Source: an uncultured Candidatus Saccharibacteria bacterium
GTDB lineage: Bacteria; Patescibacteriota; Minisyncoccia; UBA6257; CAYRSR01
NCBI GenBank assembly: GCA_964427275.1
Contig: CAYRSR010000004.1
Span: forward strand, 2,769-66,768
Reading direction: 5' to 3'
Length of the DNA stretch: 64,000 bases
The notes beneath the pieces are model-generated. The model was given only the letters and a program-made list of their open reading frames with translations, had not been told where the DNA came from and searched no databases. Shown here one piece after another: positions 39,037 to 48,990 of this stretch (the first letter of the stretch is position 1; each line of letters opens with the position of its first letter). The position numbers and the translations under genes were made by a program.

Positions 39037-39198
39037 GCTCAATACAAAACAAAACAAACTATGGTTAAGTTGAGATGTTCAGAATGCAAGCGAATTAATT
39101 ATTATACTAGAAGGAATAAGAAAACTACCGAAAAGTTACAATTGAGAAAGTATTGTAAATGGTGTAGAAAGCACACTTTACATAAAGAAACCAAGTGA
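39034..39198 (+). CDS. rpmG: 50S ribosomal protein L33 (Zn-binding form); absent from the ORF track
   Basis: [54 protein letters not shown]. Confidence 0.96.
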   Translation: MAQYKTKQTMVKLRCSECKRINYYTRRNKKTTEKLQLRKYCKWCRKHTLHKETK

Positions 39199-39218
39199 TA
39201 TAAGTATATATTGAGATT

Positions 39219-39292
39219 AGGGGCGTGGTGAAGTGGCATCGCGGAAGTCTCCAAAACTTCAGTCGGGGGTTCGATTCCTCCCGCCCCTGCCA
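39219..39292 (+). tRNA. tRNA-Trp(CCA)
   Basis: AGGGGCG/CGCCCCT acceptor, GAAGT-CTCCAAA-ACTTC, encoded CCA. Confidence 0.97.
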
Positions 39293-39325
39293 GGTAGAAA
39301 TCTCCTCTAAAGTTTATTAGAATTT

Positions 39326-40312
39326 TTATAACTTTAAGCCGATTTTAGCTTTTATTTGGTTTAGTCTTTTAGTGGCTATTTTTCTGGCTTGAATAGAACC
39401 AGTTTTGAATATTTTTAATACTTTTTGATTGGTAATTTTTTTTCGATTTTGTCGATAAGGTTTAAACGAATTGTTAATTAGTTTAGATAACTCTAACTTG
39501 AATTCAGCATATCCTTTTCCTTTAAATTCCTCTTCCAGACTGCTAATCGGTTTTCCAGATAATGCTGAGTATATGGTTAATAAGTTACTGATACCTGGCT
39601 TGGTTTTAGAATCGTATTTAATTTCTCTTCCTGAATCGGTAACTGCTGATTTAATTTTTCGATAAATTTCTGATTTAGAGTCCTTTAAAAATAAGCATCC
39701 TTCCGCTTGAGATTTAGACATCTTTGAACTTGGATCAGTTAAGCTCAAAATTTTTGGAGCAGTAGTTAAGACTGGTTCTGGTAGATTAAATGTTTTTCCA
39801 AATTCGGAATTGAATTTTTGGGCAATATCTCTAACAAATTCCAGGTGTTGTAATTGATCTTTTCCTACTGGAACATATTTGGCATTATATAGTAAAATGT
39901 CGGCGGCCATTAAGCTGGGATAAGCAAACAGGCCAGCATTTACCTGAACTGACTCTTTAGCCTTTTGCTTAAATTGAGTCATTCTGGTTAATTGTCCAAA
40001 TGGGGACAAACATTGAATGATCCAACCAAGTTCTAGATGTTCGGGGACTAATGATTGAATGAATAAAATAGATTTTTTCGGATTAAGTCCAACAGCCAAA
40101 TAATCTTTTCCTAATTCAATAATTCGGTTAGTTAGTTTTTTAGTTTCAGTTCCCTTAAAATTAGTGGTAATTGCATGGTAATCAGCAATGAAGAATAGAC
40201 AGTTGTATTTTTCTGAATTTTGAAGTTCCACAAAGTTTTTTAAAGCCCCCAGGTAATTTCCCAGGTGTAGAGCTTCGGTTGGTCTTATTCCTGAAATTAG
40301 AATAGGCTTCAT
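39326..40312 (-). CDS. trpS: Tryptophanyl-tRNA synthetase
   Basis: SGIRPT, HLGN, ADYHAIT, MAADIL, VPVGKDQ, KMSKS. Confidence 0.97.
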   Translation of the reverse strand: MKPILISGIRPTEALHLGNYLGALKNFVELQNSEKYNCLFFIADYHAITTNFKGTETKKLTNRIIELGKDYLAVGLNPKKSILFIQSLVPEHLELGWIIQCLSPFGQLTRMTQFKQKAKESVQVNAGLFAYPSLMAADILLYNAKYVPVGKDQLQHLEFVRDIAQKFNSEFGKTFNLPEPVLTTAPKILSLTDPSSKMSKSQAEGCLFLKDSKSEIYRKIKSAVTDSGREIKYDSKTKPGISNLLTIYSALSGKPISSLEEEFKGKGYAEFKLELSKLINNSFKPYRQNRKKITNQKVLKIFKTGSIQARKIATKRLNQIKAKIGLKL

Positions 40313-42003
40313 ACTTCTACTACTGTTGCAACAACCATTGGTCTTTTTCTAGTTTTTTTGTAGAGGAAATTCTCAATTTGTTGCCTAACCAGAGTTTTAA
40401 AATAATCTAAATCTAGTGGCTTATAGGTTGGCAATCGTTTTAAAATCTGTCTAACTCGTTGTTTAATTTCATCTACAAGTTCTTTGTTAGCTCTCAAATA
40501 AATAAATCCTCTGGAAATTACATCCGGATTTTTAACTAAATTAGTAGTTCCTCGTTTAATTGTAGAAACAATTACCACTATTCCTCCTTGAGCAAGTAAC
40601 TTCCTGTCTCTAAGTACTATATCTTTCATTTTTTCTACAGTTAAGCCATCTACAATTGAGTAACTTGATGGAATTGTTTCCATAGTAAACTTAATACTTT
40701 CAGGGAATAAATTCAAAACTTCGCCATTTGCTGGAAGGAATATATTTGATTCGGGAATATCGCATTCAATACCTATTTGCCGATTTAATGCTCTCATATA
40801 ATACGAGCCATGAATTGGAACAAAAAATCTTGGCTTGGTATTTTTGATTATTAATCTAAGTTCCTCTCTAGGAGCATGGCCCCCGGAATGAATGTCTAAA
40901 ACCTTTACACAGTATATTTTAACCTTTTGTTTAGCTAGTTTATCCTTTAAATATTCAATATTTCTTTCATTTCCCGGAATAATTGAGGAAGAAAAAACTA
41001 CCGTATCCTGCTTGGGTTTAATTTTTATCCATCGGTGTTCGCTATTAGCAATTCGCATTAAATTAGCAGTTGGTTCTCCCTGAGCGCCGGTAACTAAAAG
41101 AACTAACTTATTATCAGGATATCTATTAACCAGGCTTTTTGGAATAATTAATTCTTCGGGAATTTTTAAGTAACCCAGGCGTTGAGCAATCTTTACATTA
41201 TCTTCCATAGTTCTTCCGCTGATAGATACTTTTCGATGATGTTTTATTGCCAGTTTCAGGATAGTATCAATTCTTGAAATCAATGAAGCAAAAGTAGCTA
41301 CAATTATTCGTCCTGGTGACTTTTTAAATATCTCATCTAGATTTTTAACTACTTCTTCTTCTGGCACGGAATATCCTTCAACTTCAGCATTTGTGCTTTC
41401 TAAGAATAATGTATGAATATCTTGATTAAAAACATGCTGGTATTTTTTAAGGCTATTTTTCAAGTCTGATTCTAAATATTTTTTCCGATGTGGTAGCTTG
41501 AATTCAGCAAAATGAACCAGCTTTCCTATCGGGGTGTTCAATATAAATCCAAAGGTATCTGGAATACTGTGAATCACTTCGAAAAATTCAATTTGGAAAT
41601 ACTTAGATAATTTTATTTTTTGTTTATCCTGAACTATTACAAATTTTAATTCTGACTTACTGTCAAATTCTTCTTGTCTCTTTAGAATTATCTCTTTAGT
41701 TAACCTACCACAATAAATCGGTGGATTTCCAATTTTATCCATCAAATAAGGTATTGCTCCAATATGGTCGTAATGACCATGAGTTATAACCAGTGCCCGA
41801 ATATCTTCTTTTTTTTCTTCTAGGTAAGAAACATTTGGCAGAATATAGTCAACTCCAGGTGTTTCTTCGTCTGGAAATTGCAGACCTAAATCAACCACGA
41901 TTATTTCATTTTTATATTCAAAAAACATACAATTCCTACCGACTTCTTCCAGTCCACCTAATCCAGCCCAACGTAGAGGTAATTTATTTTTTGGTTCAAC
42001 CAT
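40309..42003 (-). CDS. rnj: Ribonuclease J
   Basis: LGGLEEVGRN, THGHYDHIG, HSIPD, TGAQGEP, IHSGGH, PIHG; ATG at 42003. Confidence 0.96.
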   Translation of the reverse strand: MVEPKNKLPLRWAGLGGLEEVGRNCMFFEYKNEIIVVDLGLQFPDEETPGVDYILPNVSYLEEKKEDIRALVITHGHYDHIGAIPYLMDKIGNPPIYCGRLTKEIILKRQEEFDSKSELKFVIVQDKQKIKLSKYFQIEFFEVIHSIPDTFGFILNTPIGKLVHFAEFKLPHRKKYLESDLKNSLKKYQHVFNQDIHTLFLESTNAEVEGYSVPEEEVVKNLDEIFKKSPGRIIVATFASLISRIDTILKLAIKHHRKVSISGRTMEDNVKIAQRLGYLKIPEELIIPKSLVNRYPDNKLVLLVTGAQGEPTANLMRIANSEHRWIKIKPKQDTVVFSSSIIPGNERNIEYLKDKLAKQKVKIYCVKVLDIHSGGHAPREELRLIIKNTKPRFFVPIHGSYYMRALNRQIGIECDIPESNIFLPANGEVLNLFPESIKFTMETIPSSYSIVDGLTVEKMKDIVLRDRKLLAQGGIVVIVSTIKRGTTNLVKNPDVISRGFIYLRANKELVDEIKQRVRQILKRLPTYKPLDLDYFKTLVRQQIENFLYKKTRKRPMVVATVVEV

Positions 42004-42225
42004 AGTAAATTTAAAATGTGAATACAAAAGTGGAAAATATCACAATTTACAATTTTCAATTTCTAATTTTCAATCAATTATCAATGAGTCAATTTTCAAA
42101 CAAATTAAAAACAAATTAAAAATTGAAAATTCAATGAAAATTGAAAATTGATAATTGAAAATTGATTAATATCAATTTTGATTTGTAATTTTGATTTTTG
42201 ATTTTTTAGTTTTAAATTTACTATG
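42001..42225. repeat. AT-rich heptamer palindromic element, copy 2, with 16-bp terminal inverted repeat
   Basis: CATAGTAAATTTAAAA (42001-42016) / TTTTAAATTTACTATG (42210-42225); internal arms identical to copy 1. Confidence 0.92.
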
Positions 42226-42310
42226 TGCCGGAGGAGAGATTTGAACTCTCACGCTTTTTTAAAGCACAGAGCCCTGAACTCTGCGTGTCTACCAGTTCCA
42301 CCACTCCGGC
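42226..42310 (-). tRNA. tRNA-Leu(CAG)
   Basis: Reverse complement GCCGGAG...CAGAG-TTCAGGG-CTCTG...CTCCGGCA, long variable arm. Confidence 0.96.
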
Positions 42311-42320
42311 ATCTAATTTG

Positions 42321-43226
42321 TTAATAAATTTCTTTTTTCATTTCATCAATAATTTTAGTTTCCCATGGATTTATTTTTTGAAGTTCAGCTAACTTTAAAC
42401 TTAATTTTTCAGCCAGGTTACAACTAAATAGAATTCTATTCAATCCTCGTCCTCTAATTGGTAAGGTGATGTATTTAATTTTTTGGCGATTGAACAATTT
42501 TTTTACAAACTTAATTTGTTTTTTTACTATTTGATGGTCGGATTTATCTTCGATTAATAAAACTATAAATTCTCTAAAATTATCTTGATTTAAAGCCACA
42601 ATTTCATTGTGGGTTAGTTCAGGAAAGAAATTACAAAATGCTGCTTTTTTTGAAGTTTCATTGAGATGAATTTTGAATAAATAAACCAGTGCTGAATTTT
42701 TAAAACTACTATAGATTAGTACTTTTTTGGTGTCAATTTTTTGAGCAATTTTTCTTATTACTGACTCGGATGGTGAACTTGATTTTGCCGATATTTTAAC
42801 TGATTTAAGATATTTTTTCAACTGTTTGTTTAGCTTTAATGTTTGGATTAGAGTTTTGAGCATTAATGGAACTGCCTGGCGAGGAACCAGATTATCTTTT
42901 GGGATAATAACTAATGGAGTTTTTTGTTTTAAGGCAATTTTTTTGAGTTTTCCTCCAGTGGTAATAACTACTGCTAGTGATTTGGCTTTTAGAAAACTAG
43001 TTATAGTTTCTCTTGTATTACCAGAAAAGGAAATGAAAATGTTTAAGGGACTTGAAAAAGTAGCTTTATAAATCGGGTATTTTTGCACCTCAACTGGTAA
43101 AGGGAAGTTTATTTCATCTAATAATAGCTTGGCTAAGTTGCCTACTATCCCTGAGCCACCCATTCCAACAATTATCAAACTATCAGGATTAAAAGATTTA
43201 AGTTTGACTTGATTTAAGATTTCCAT
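42321..43226 (-). CDS. Bifunctional phosphoglucose/phosphomannose isomerase (SIS, archaeal-type)
   Basis: GMGGSG, SFSGNTRET, TTGG, PR, LNETSK, PELTHNE. Confidence 0.9.
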   Translation of the reverse strand: MEILNQVKLKSFNPDSLIIVGMGGSGIVGNLAKLLLDEINFPLPVEVQKYPIYKATFSSPLNIFISFSGNTRETITSFLKAKSLAVVITTGGKLKKIALKQKTPLVIIPKDNLVPRQAVPLMLKTLIQTLKLNKQLKKYLKSVKISAKSSSPSESVIRKIAQKIDTKKVLIYSSFKNSALVYLFKIHLNETSKKAAFCNFFPELTHNEIVALNQDNFREFIVLLIEDKSDHQIVKKQIKFVKKLFNRQKIKYITLPIRGRGLNRILFSCNLAEKLSLKLAELQKINPWETKIIDEMKKEIY

Positions 43227-43236
43227 AAATTTTTAG

Positions 43237-44814
43237 CTAACTTAAGAAAACTCTAGTGGTATTAATATACCAATTCTGAATTTTTTTAAATCGGTTAGAT
43301 GGCTCAACTAACTTAGTCTGATTGAACCCTTTTAGTTTTTGAGTGGTTACATAAATATATTTTGGAGAAAAGAGGAATATTGCTGGCTTATCTTCAGAAA
43401 TAATGGAAATTAGAGATTTAAATTTTTCCTTTCTTTCTTGGGATTGCAAGTCCTTACGGATTTCTTCTATTAACTCATCTACTTCAGGGTTACTGTATAA
43501 AGAGAGGTTTAGTCCCGGACTAAATTTTTCAGAGGAATGCCAGAATGGAAACAGGTCCATGTTGGGAACTGGCCGAATTCCAAATAATAGCATTTGGTAA
43601 TCCCTTGTCTCTATTGCCAGTTTAATTTGCTGAAGATTTACGACATTTAAGTTTAGCTTTATTCCAATTTTTTCCCATTGACTTTTAATCTGCTTGGCAG
43701 TTTCTAATAAGAAATCAATTTCAGGAACTAGTAAACTAAATTCCAGGCTTTGATCCAAATTGTCAAACGATTCTTTTTTATCTTCATTTTGAATTGAAAC
43801 ATAATTTGAAAAGCCTGGAACTGTAGGATTGTTTATTTCCAATGCTTGATTGAATAGTACTTTATCGATAATAACTTTTTTATTTAAGTTATTGGCCAGA
43901 TATTTTCTAAGTTTCTTTTGATTTAAGGAAGGCTGAGTATGAAAGTTAAAGAAAACTGCATAGTAATCTGGAAGAATAATTGAGTGAACCGACTTTTTAG
44001 TTTTTAGTTCAGTTAGGTTAATTGGAGCGATTGTTCCAAATCCATCAATTTCTCGCTGGTTAAAAGCCTGAATTAATTCAGATTTAGCTTGATAGAATTT
44101 AAAGATAAGTTTATTGAGATATGGTTGCCGCTGGTTGTAAAATGGATTTCGAATTAAGTGATATTCCTCAATAAAACCAAATTTATTCTTTTTAAGATGG
44201 TCAAATTTAAACGGACCATTTCCAATCGGAGCTAGATTATATTCTGATAGAGAAATATTTTGAGGAGGGATTTTGCCAAAAATATGCTTGGGAAGAATAT
44301 ATAACCTGGAAAGATTATCTAAAAAGAATGAATAGGGTTCAGGAAGTGTAAACTCAACTTTAAGCTGACTTATTCTTTTCACTTTTACATATTGCCAGCT
44401 TGAAAACAACGGAGAGTTGGTTTTGGGATTTTGAATGAGATTAACAGTAAAAATTACATCATCAGCAGTTAAAGGCATTGAATCACTCCATTTTAAGTTT
44501 TGTTGTAATTGAATAGTGTATTGCTTATCCTGTTTGACCTGGTAGTTTTCAGCTAAATCTAACAGATTAAGATAGATTAGTGAGGAAATATCTTTATCTG
44601 GAGAGTCTAAGGATATTATTGGATTAATTATCTTGGGTTGTCCGATTATTCCTTCTCTAAATTCTCCTCCTTCTTTTGCAATAGGCTTAGTGTTTCTTTC
44701 CCAGAATAAAAGTAGGGATGTAGCTGAACTGGTTAGAAATATTATTAGCATTCCCCAGAAAATTAAGCGTTCTGGCTTTTTAAAATTGTTAAAAATTTTT
44801 AAAAGGTTTTTCAT
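43237..44814 (-). CDS. ABC-type peptide-binding protein (SBP family 5)
   Basis: GGEFREGIIG, INPI, WSDSMPLTADDVIFT, PIGNGPF, FWHS, NLSLY. Confidence 0.9.
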   Translation of the reverse strand: MKNLLKIFNNFKKPERLIFWGMLIIFLTSSATSLLLFWERNTKPIAKEGGEFREGIIGQPKIINPIISLDSPDKDISSLIYLNLLDLAENYQVKQDKQYTIQLQQNLKWSDSMPLTADDVIFTVNLIQNPKTNSPLFSSWQYVKVKRISQLKVEFTLPEPYSFFLDNLSRLYILPKHIFGKIPPQNISLSEYNLAPIGNGPFKFDHLKKNKFGFIEEYHLIRNPFYNQRQPYLNKLIFKFYQAKSELIQAFNQREIDGFGTIAPINLTELKTKKSVHSIILPDYYAVFFNFHTQPSLNQKKLRKYLANNLNKKVIIDKVLFNQALEINNPTVPGFSNYVSIQNEDKKESFDNLDQSLEFSLLVPEIDFLLETAKQIKSQWEKIGIKLNLNVVNLQQIKLAIETRDYQMLLFGIRPVPNMDLFPFWHSSEKFSPGLNLSLYSNPEVDELIEEIRKDLQSQERKEKFKSLISIISEDKPAIFLFSPKYIYVTTQKLKGFNQTKLVEPSNRFKKIQNWYINTTRVFLS

Positions 44815-44841
44815 TTAAATTTCAAAAACTTTAAAGTTTGC

Positions 44842-45060
44842 TTATTTAATTAGTAGATTGAGTAAGGCTAGAATGATAAAGATAGAAATCAAACCGGCAG
44901 TTAAATAAAAAACAAGTTTTTCTAATCCTCTTTTGGCTGAGTAAGCAACTTCTGATGTTCCACCAAATATTCCGGATAATCCTGAGGAACGTTCCTGTAG
45001 AAGTATTAGTACTATTATAACTATTGCTACCAATGCTTGTAAAATATTTAGGAAATTCAT
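44842..45060 (-). CDS. secG: Preprotein translocase subunit SecG
   Basis: ILLQERSSGLSGIFGG, RGLEK, two TMs. Confidence 0.93.
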   Translation of the reverse strand: MNFLNILQALVAIVIIVLILLQERSSGLSGIFGGTSEVAYSAKRGLEKLVFYLTAGLISIFIILALLNLLIK

Positions 45061-45065
45061 TTTGA

Positions 45066-45419
45066 TTAGAGTTTACTCAATAGACTAATTAACACATTAG
45101 TTAAGCTTACTAGTAGAGTAGTAATGACTAGCGGTGCTATTCCTTCAATGCTGATAGTAGTAGAAAAGATATCTAAAATATATAACAACAAAGTATTTAA
45201 AATCAAGGAAAAAGTTCCTGCCGAAAATATCATCAAAGGAAAGAATACGATTTTCAATAAAGGCTTGACCAGTACATTTAGTAGTGCAAAAATCAGGCTT
45301 ATTTTGGCCAGGTCAACGAAATTTCCGGAAATAGTAAACCCGGTAATAAGGTGGTTTGCAATCAAAAATGCTAAAAAGTTAGCCAGGCTAAGAAATATAA
45401 ATTTTGAGATAATCTTCAT
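45066..45419 (-). CDS. 4-TM phage-holin-like (YvlD-type) membrane protein
   Basis: LNVLVKPLL...P...GTFSLILN. Confidence 0.8.
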   Translation of the reverse strand: MKIISKFIFLSLANFLAFLIANHLITGFTISGNFVDLAKISLIFALLNVLVKPLLKIVFFPLMIFSAGTFSLILNTLLLYILDIFSTTISIEGIAPLVITTLLVSLTNVLISLLSKL

Positions 45420-45420
45420 T

Positions 45421-46962
45421 TTAAATTAAAGTTGATAAAAGACTGGTTCCATCCATATCTTCAGGAACAGGAATGTGCATTAACTCTAAGATAGTTGGGA
45501 CAACATCTGAAATAATTCCTGAAATTCTAGTTTCACCTGCAGCAGTTTCAGTCTTAAATCTTTTTCCAATTAGGTAAAATGGAACTGGATTAGTAGTGTG
45601 ATCAGTTAAAGGGACTCCAGTGAATGGATCTCGCATTTTTTCCATGTTTCCATGATCCGAAGTAATTAGCATTATAGTATTTTCTTTTTCAATTACTTCC
45701 TGGTATATTTTAGATAGTTGCTGGTCTATAATCTTTGCTACTTCTATTCCGGCTTTAAAATCTCCGCTATGACCAATTATATCTGGATTGGCATAATTTG
45801 CAACTATAAAATCGTAAATTCTTTCTTTAATTGAAGAAATAACCCTATTTGTAATTTCATTAGCTCTGAGTTGTGGGAATTCTTGAGGCCTGGGAACATC
45901 TAAAGATGGAATAGTGATACGATATTCATTAGCAAATGGCTTTCTGATATATCCATTGAAGAATACAGCTAGATTATCATATTTTTGGCTTTCGGTGATT
46001 TTCAGTTGAATTTTATTATGGTCAGCTAAAATTTTAGACAAGGGATTTTTGATTTGTTGGGGTGGGAAGACAACAGGCAGGTTAAATCTTTTGTCGTACT
46101 CTGTGAAAGTTACAACTTTTAAACTGTCAATCTTTTTAGTTTTGATAGGGCAATAATCTGGGAGTGCAAATGGGAAGGTAATCTGCCTGGAAACATCTTC
46201 TCTGAAATTAAAGAAAATTATAGCATCGTTTTCTTTAACTGGCTGTTTGAGTAAGGTAGGAGGAACAAATTGGTCGGATAAATTTCGACTGTAGATGTTA
46301 TCGATAAGTTGTTCGGGAGTTAAATCACTTTTTTTAGTTTCGCCAATTAGGATTTTATAAACTCTTTCAGTTCTTTCCCAATTTTCTGATTGGTCCAGTG
46401 CATAATATCTACCTGATAAACTAGCTATTTCTCCAGGTAGCTTTTCCTGCTCAAGAATCCTTTTTAGTTTGATTAGTAACTGTTTAGCCGACTTTGGTGG
46501 AGAATCAATACCATCAGTAAATAGATGCAGGTATACTGAATTAACCTGCTGCTGTTTAGCTAGATGAAGTAGGGCGGTTAAATGGTCCATATGAGAGCAG
46601 GAATAACCAGCAGTTAACAATCCTACCAGATGAACTGCTGATGAATACTTTTTAGAGTGATTAAAAGCATTAATTAAAACCTGATTTTCAAAGAAGGTTT
46701 TATTTTTTATAGCTAATGAGATTCTGGGGTAATGCTGGTAGATTATTTTTCCGGTTCCCAGGCATAGGTATCCAACTTCGCTGTTACCTTTTTCTTCCCA
46801 GGGAAGACCAACTGCAATTCCAGAAGCCTTTAGCGCGGTATGGGGAAATTCTTTTTCAATCTTTTTAAAAAAAGGAAGATTAGCTATATAAATTGGATTA
46901 CTCCTATTCTTTTCTCCAACTCCCCACCCTTCCAGAATTAATAGAACTATAGTTTGCTTCAT
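45421..46962 (-). CDS. gpmI: Cofactor-independent phosphoglycerate mutase homolog with degenerate substrate site
   Basis: GNSEVG, GRYYA, FNFR, NYANPDIIGH, TSDHGN, HTTNPVP. Confidence 0.85.
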   Translation of the reverse strand: MKQTIVLLILEGWGVGEKNRSNPIYIANLPFFKKIEKEFPHTALKASGIAVGLPWEEKGNSEVGYLCLGTGKIIYQHYPRISLAIKNKTFFENQVLINAFNHSKKYSSAVHLVGLLTAGYSCSHMDHLTALLHLAKQQQVNSVYLHLFTDGIDSPPKSAKQLLIKLKRILEQEKLPGEIASLSGRYYALDQSENWERTERVYKILIGETKKSDLTPEQLIDNIYSRNLSDQFVPPTLLKQPVKENDAIIFFNFREDVSRQITFPFALPDYCPIKTKKIDSLKVVTFTEYDKRFNLPVVFPPQQIKNPLSKILADHNKIQLKITESQKYDNLAVFFNGYIRKPFANEYRITIPSLDVPRPQEFPQLRANEITNRVISSIKERIYDFIVANYANPDIIGHSGDFKAGIEVAKIIDQQLSKIYQEVIEKENTIMLITSDHGNMEKMRDPFTGVPLTDHTTNPVPFYLIGKRFKTETAAGETRISGIISDVVPTILELMHIPVPEDMDGTSLLSTLI

Positions 46963-48335
46963 TGAGAGGTTTGAGAGGTAATTATATCTATATCTCTTTG
47001 AATTGACCTGGCTCTTTCAATTACTCTATCGCCATATCCCCATAGATGTCTTTGCCATCTTGAACCAGCGTAATATTTAGCAGCAGCAATTCTTTCGTTT
47101 CTAATTCCTCCTTTGTCCGCTCCGGCATCCTTTAAATATAAAGCTGTAGCTAGAAAAGCATCAGCGTTATTCCAGGGAGAAGGAGGATATCGCTTAGTGA
47201 TTTTAGCTATTCTATCTTTATAGTGTATCCAGGTAGATGGTAAGAACTGAGCTGGTCCCATTGCTCCACCATAGTATCCATCTTGATTTGGGCAGGATAC
47301 TTTTACTATATTTGGGTTTAAGTTTAATTCCCTAACAATTTTTAAGAAATGGGGAATGTCTCTTTTAGGATGCATAGCAGTTTTATAATTACACTTTCCG
47401 ACGTTTTTTCCTAAAGCCGATTCCTGATCCAGTACTGCTAGAATTAAGGCAGCTCTTACTCCGGTAGCCTTTTCAGCCATAGAGGCCAATTTATAAGCAG
47501 TTTCAAAGTCTAACTCTTCTCCACCAAGTAATTTAAATATTTGACTTCTAATTTCAGCTGCGGTTTTCTTGGTTTGGGTTAGTATTTTTTGATAAACTTT
47601 TTCTTTTCCTTGTGTAACCTTTAATAATCTATTTTTTTCTAATTGCTTATTGATTAGTTTTGTTTTTTGGTATTCTCGATACTTTTTTAATTCTCTAATA
47701 TCTCCTGACTCCTTTGCAAGTTCCTGTTGCTGGAAAATTAACTCTTGTTTAGATTGATTTATTTTTTTTAAGTTAATTTTTAAGCTTTGCTGAATTGCTA
47801 ATATATTATTGATACTGCTGAAAAAATCTGAAATATTAGAGTTAGTTAGAAGTATTTCTACTAAACCGCGGTGGTCATTTTCGTGAAGAATCTGTAAGGC
47901 AGTAGATAAAGCCTGGTGATTAAGCTGGATAATTGCTTCTAAATCTGAAATTTTTGACTGAATATCTTCAATTTCCTTATTGATGCTAGCCAGATTAAGA
48001 TTAATTGCCTGTATTTTCAGATTAAGTTGTTTTTCCTGAATTTCTAATTGTTCAATTTGATTTTTGAGAGTTCGTTTTTGATGTCTGAATTGCTTTATTT
48101 TTTGTTCATAGTTTTCAATTTCCTTTTCAAGCTGTTGTAACTGATTTTCTAGTTCAAGCCGGGTTAAATTTTTTGTGGAAGTCTGGGAAGTTGCCAGAAT
48201 TAACGAAGAAATCATTTTATTTCCAGGCTTTATTGGAGCTATAATCAGTATAAGTATTAAAATAGCAATAGAAAAACTTTTTAGAATGTAACTTATTTTT
48301 AAAAGAAGAATACTATTGGCTTTTTTTAGCATCAT
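46959..48335 (-). CDS. Coiled-coil lytic murein transglycosylase
   Basis: N-terminal TM, long coiled coil, QESALGKNVG, GGAMGPAQFLPSTW, PWNNADA. Confidence 0.88.
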   Translation of the reverse strand: MMLKKANSILLLKISYILKSFSIAILILILIIAPIKPGNKMISSLILATSQTSTKNLTRLELENQLQQLEKEIENYEQKIKQFRHQKRTLKNQIEQLEIQEKQLNLKIQAINLNLASINKEIEDIQSKISDLEAIIQLNHQALSTALQILHENDHRGLVEILLTNSNISDFFSSINNILAIQQSLKINLKKINQSKQELIFQQQELAKESGDIRELKKYREYQKTKLINKQLEKNRLLKVTQGKEKVYQKILTQTKKTAAEIRSQIFKLLGGEELDFETAYKLASMAEKATGVRAALILAVLDQESALGKNVGKCNYKTAMHPKRDIPHFLKIVRELNLNPNIVKVSCPNQDGYYGGAMGPAQFLPSTWIHYKDRIAKITKRYPPSPWNNADAFLATALYLKDAGADKGGIRNERIAAAKYYAGSRWQRHLWGYGDRVIERARSIQRDIDIITSQTSQ

Positions 48336-48990
48336 TTGTAATCTCAGATTCTTTTTTTTCTTTAGCTTCTTCTATTTTTTTCTCTTTTTTGACTTCAGTT
48401 TCTTCTGCTACCTCAGCTGGTTTCTCTTCTTCTATCTTTTCTTCTTCAATTGGCTTTAAAATGACCACCAGAGTATCCGGCTCTTGATTAACCTGGCAGC
48501 CCGGAGGAATCTTCAGATCCTTTATGCTGATACTGCCTCCTACTTTCTTTAATTTGGATAAGTCTACTTCAATTTTTGAAGGAATATTTTCTAATTTTCC
48601 TTTTAGTTCAATTTCTTTAAGTAGTTTAATTAAATTACCTTGTTTAATTAAACTTTCTACCTTTGATTCGTTAATAAATTCCAAAGGAATGGTTAATTCT
48701 ACTTCTTCTCCTTTTTTAATGTGATAAAAATCTACACATAAAAATTCGCCACTAATTGGGTGAACTTGGTAATCATAAATTAAAACCGGATATTTCTTAT
48801 CGTTTACAACCAGATTGATTACTGTGCTGGTTGAAGCCTGAGTTAATATTTTTTTAAAATCTTTACTGTTTATACTCAGGTGAATGTTTTTAATGTCAGG
48901 ACCGTAAAGTTCAGCTGGAATAAGCTCTTGCTCTCGCAACTTTTTTACTTTTTTACCAAGAATATTTCTGACCTGAGCTTTGAGTTCCAT
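48313..48990 (-). CDS. rplY: 50S ribosomal protein L25 (CTC form)
   Basis: LR...IPAELYG, QVHPI, VDFY, IPSKIEVD. Confidence 0.95.
   Translation of the reverse strand: MELKAQVRNILGKKVKKLREQELIPAELYGPDIKNIHLSINSKDFKKILTQASTSTVINLVVNDKKYPVLIYDYQVHPISGEFLCVDFYHIKKGEEVELTIPLEFINESKVESLIKQGNLIKLLKEIELKGKLENIPSKIEVDLSKLKKVGGSISIKDLKIPPGCQVNQEPDTLVVILKPIEEEKIEEEKPAEVAEETEVKKEKKIEEAKEKKESEITNDAKKSQ

Noticed and set aside
39219-39292. Stop-codon recoding (genetic code 25 or 4)
   Set aside because: tRNA-Trp has anticodon CCA, and TGA ends full-length genes such as rpmG and trmD.
40309-42027. rnj start at 42027 as given in the ORF track
   Set aside because: The extension lies inside the repeat element; ATG 42003 fits the family N-terminus better.
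38875-42225. CRISPR array or origin of replication at the AT-rich repeats
   Set aside because: No repeat-spacer periodicity and no cas genes; no cluster of DnaA boxes and no dnaA.
45066-48335. Prophage lysis module (holin + transglycosylase)
   Set aside because: Embedded among rplY, gpmI and secG with no phage structural or integrase genes.
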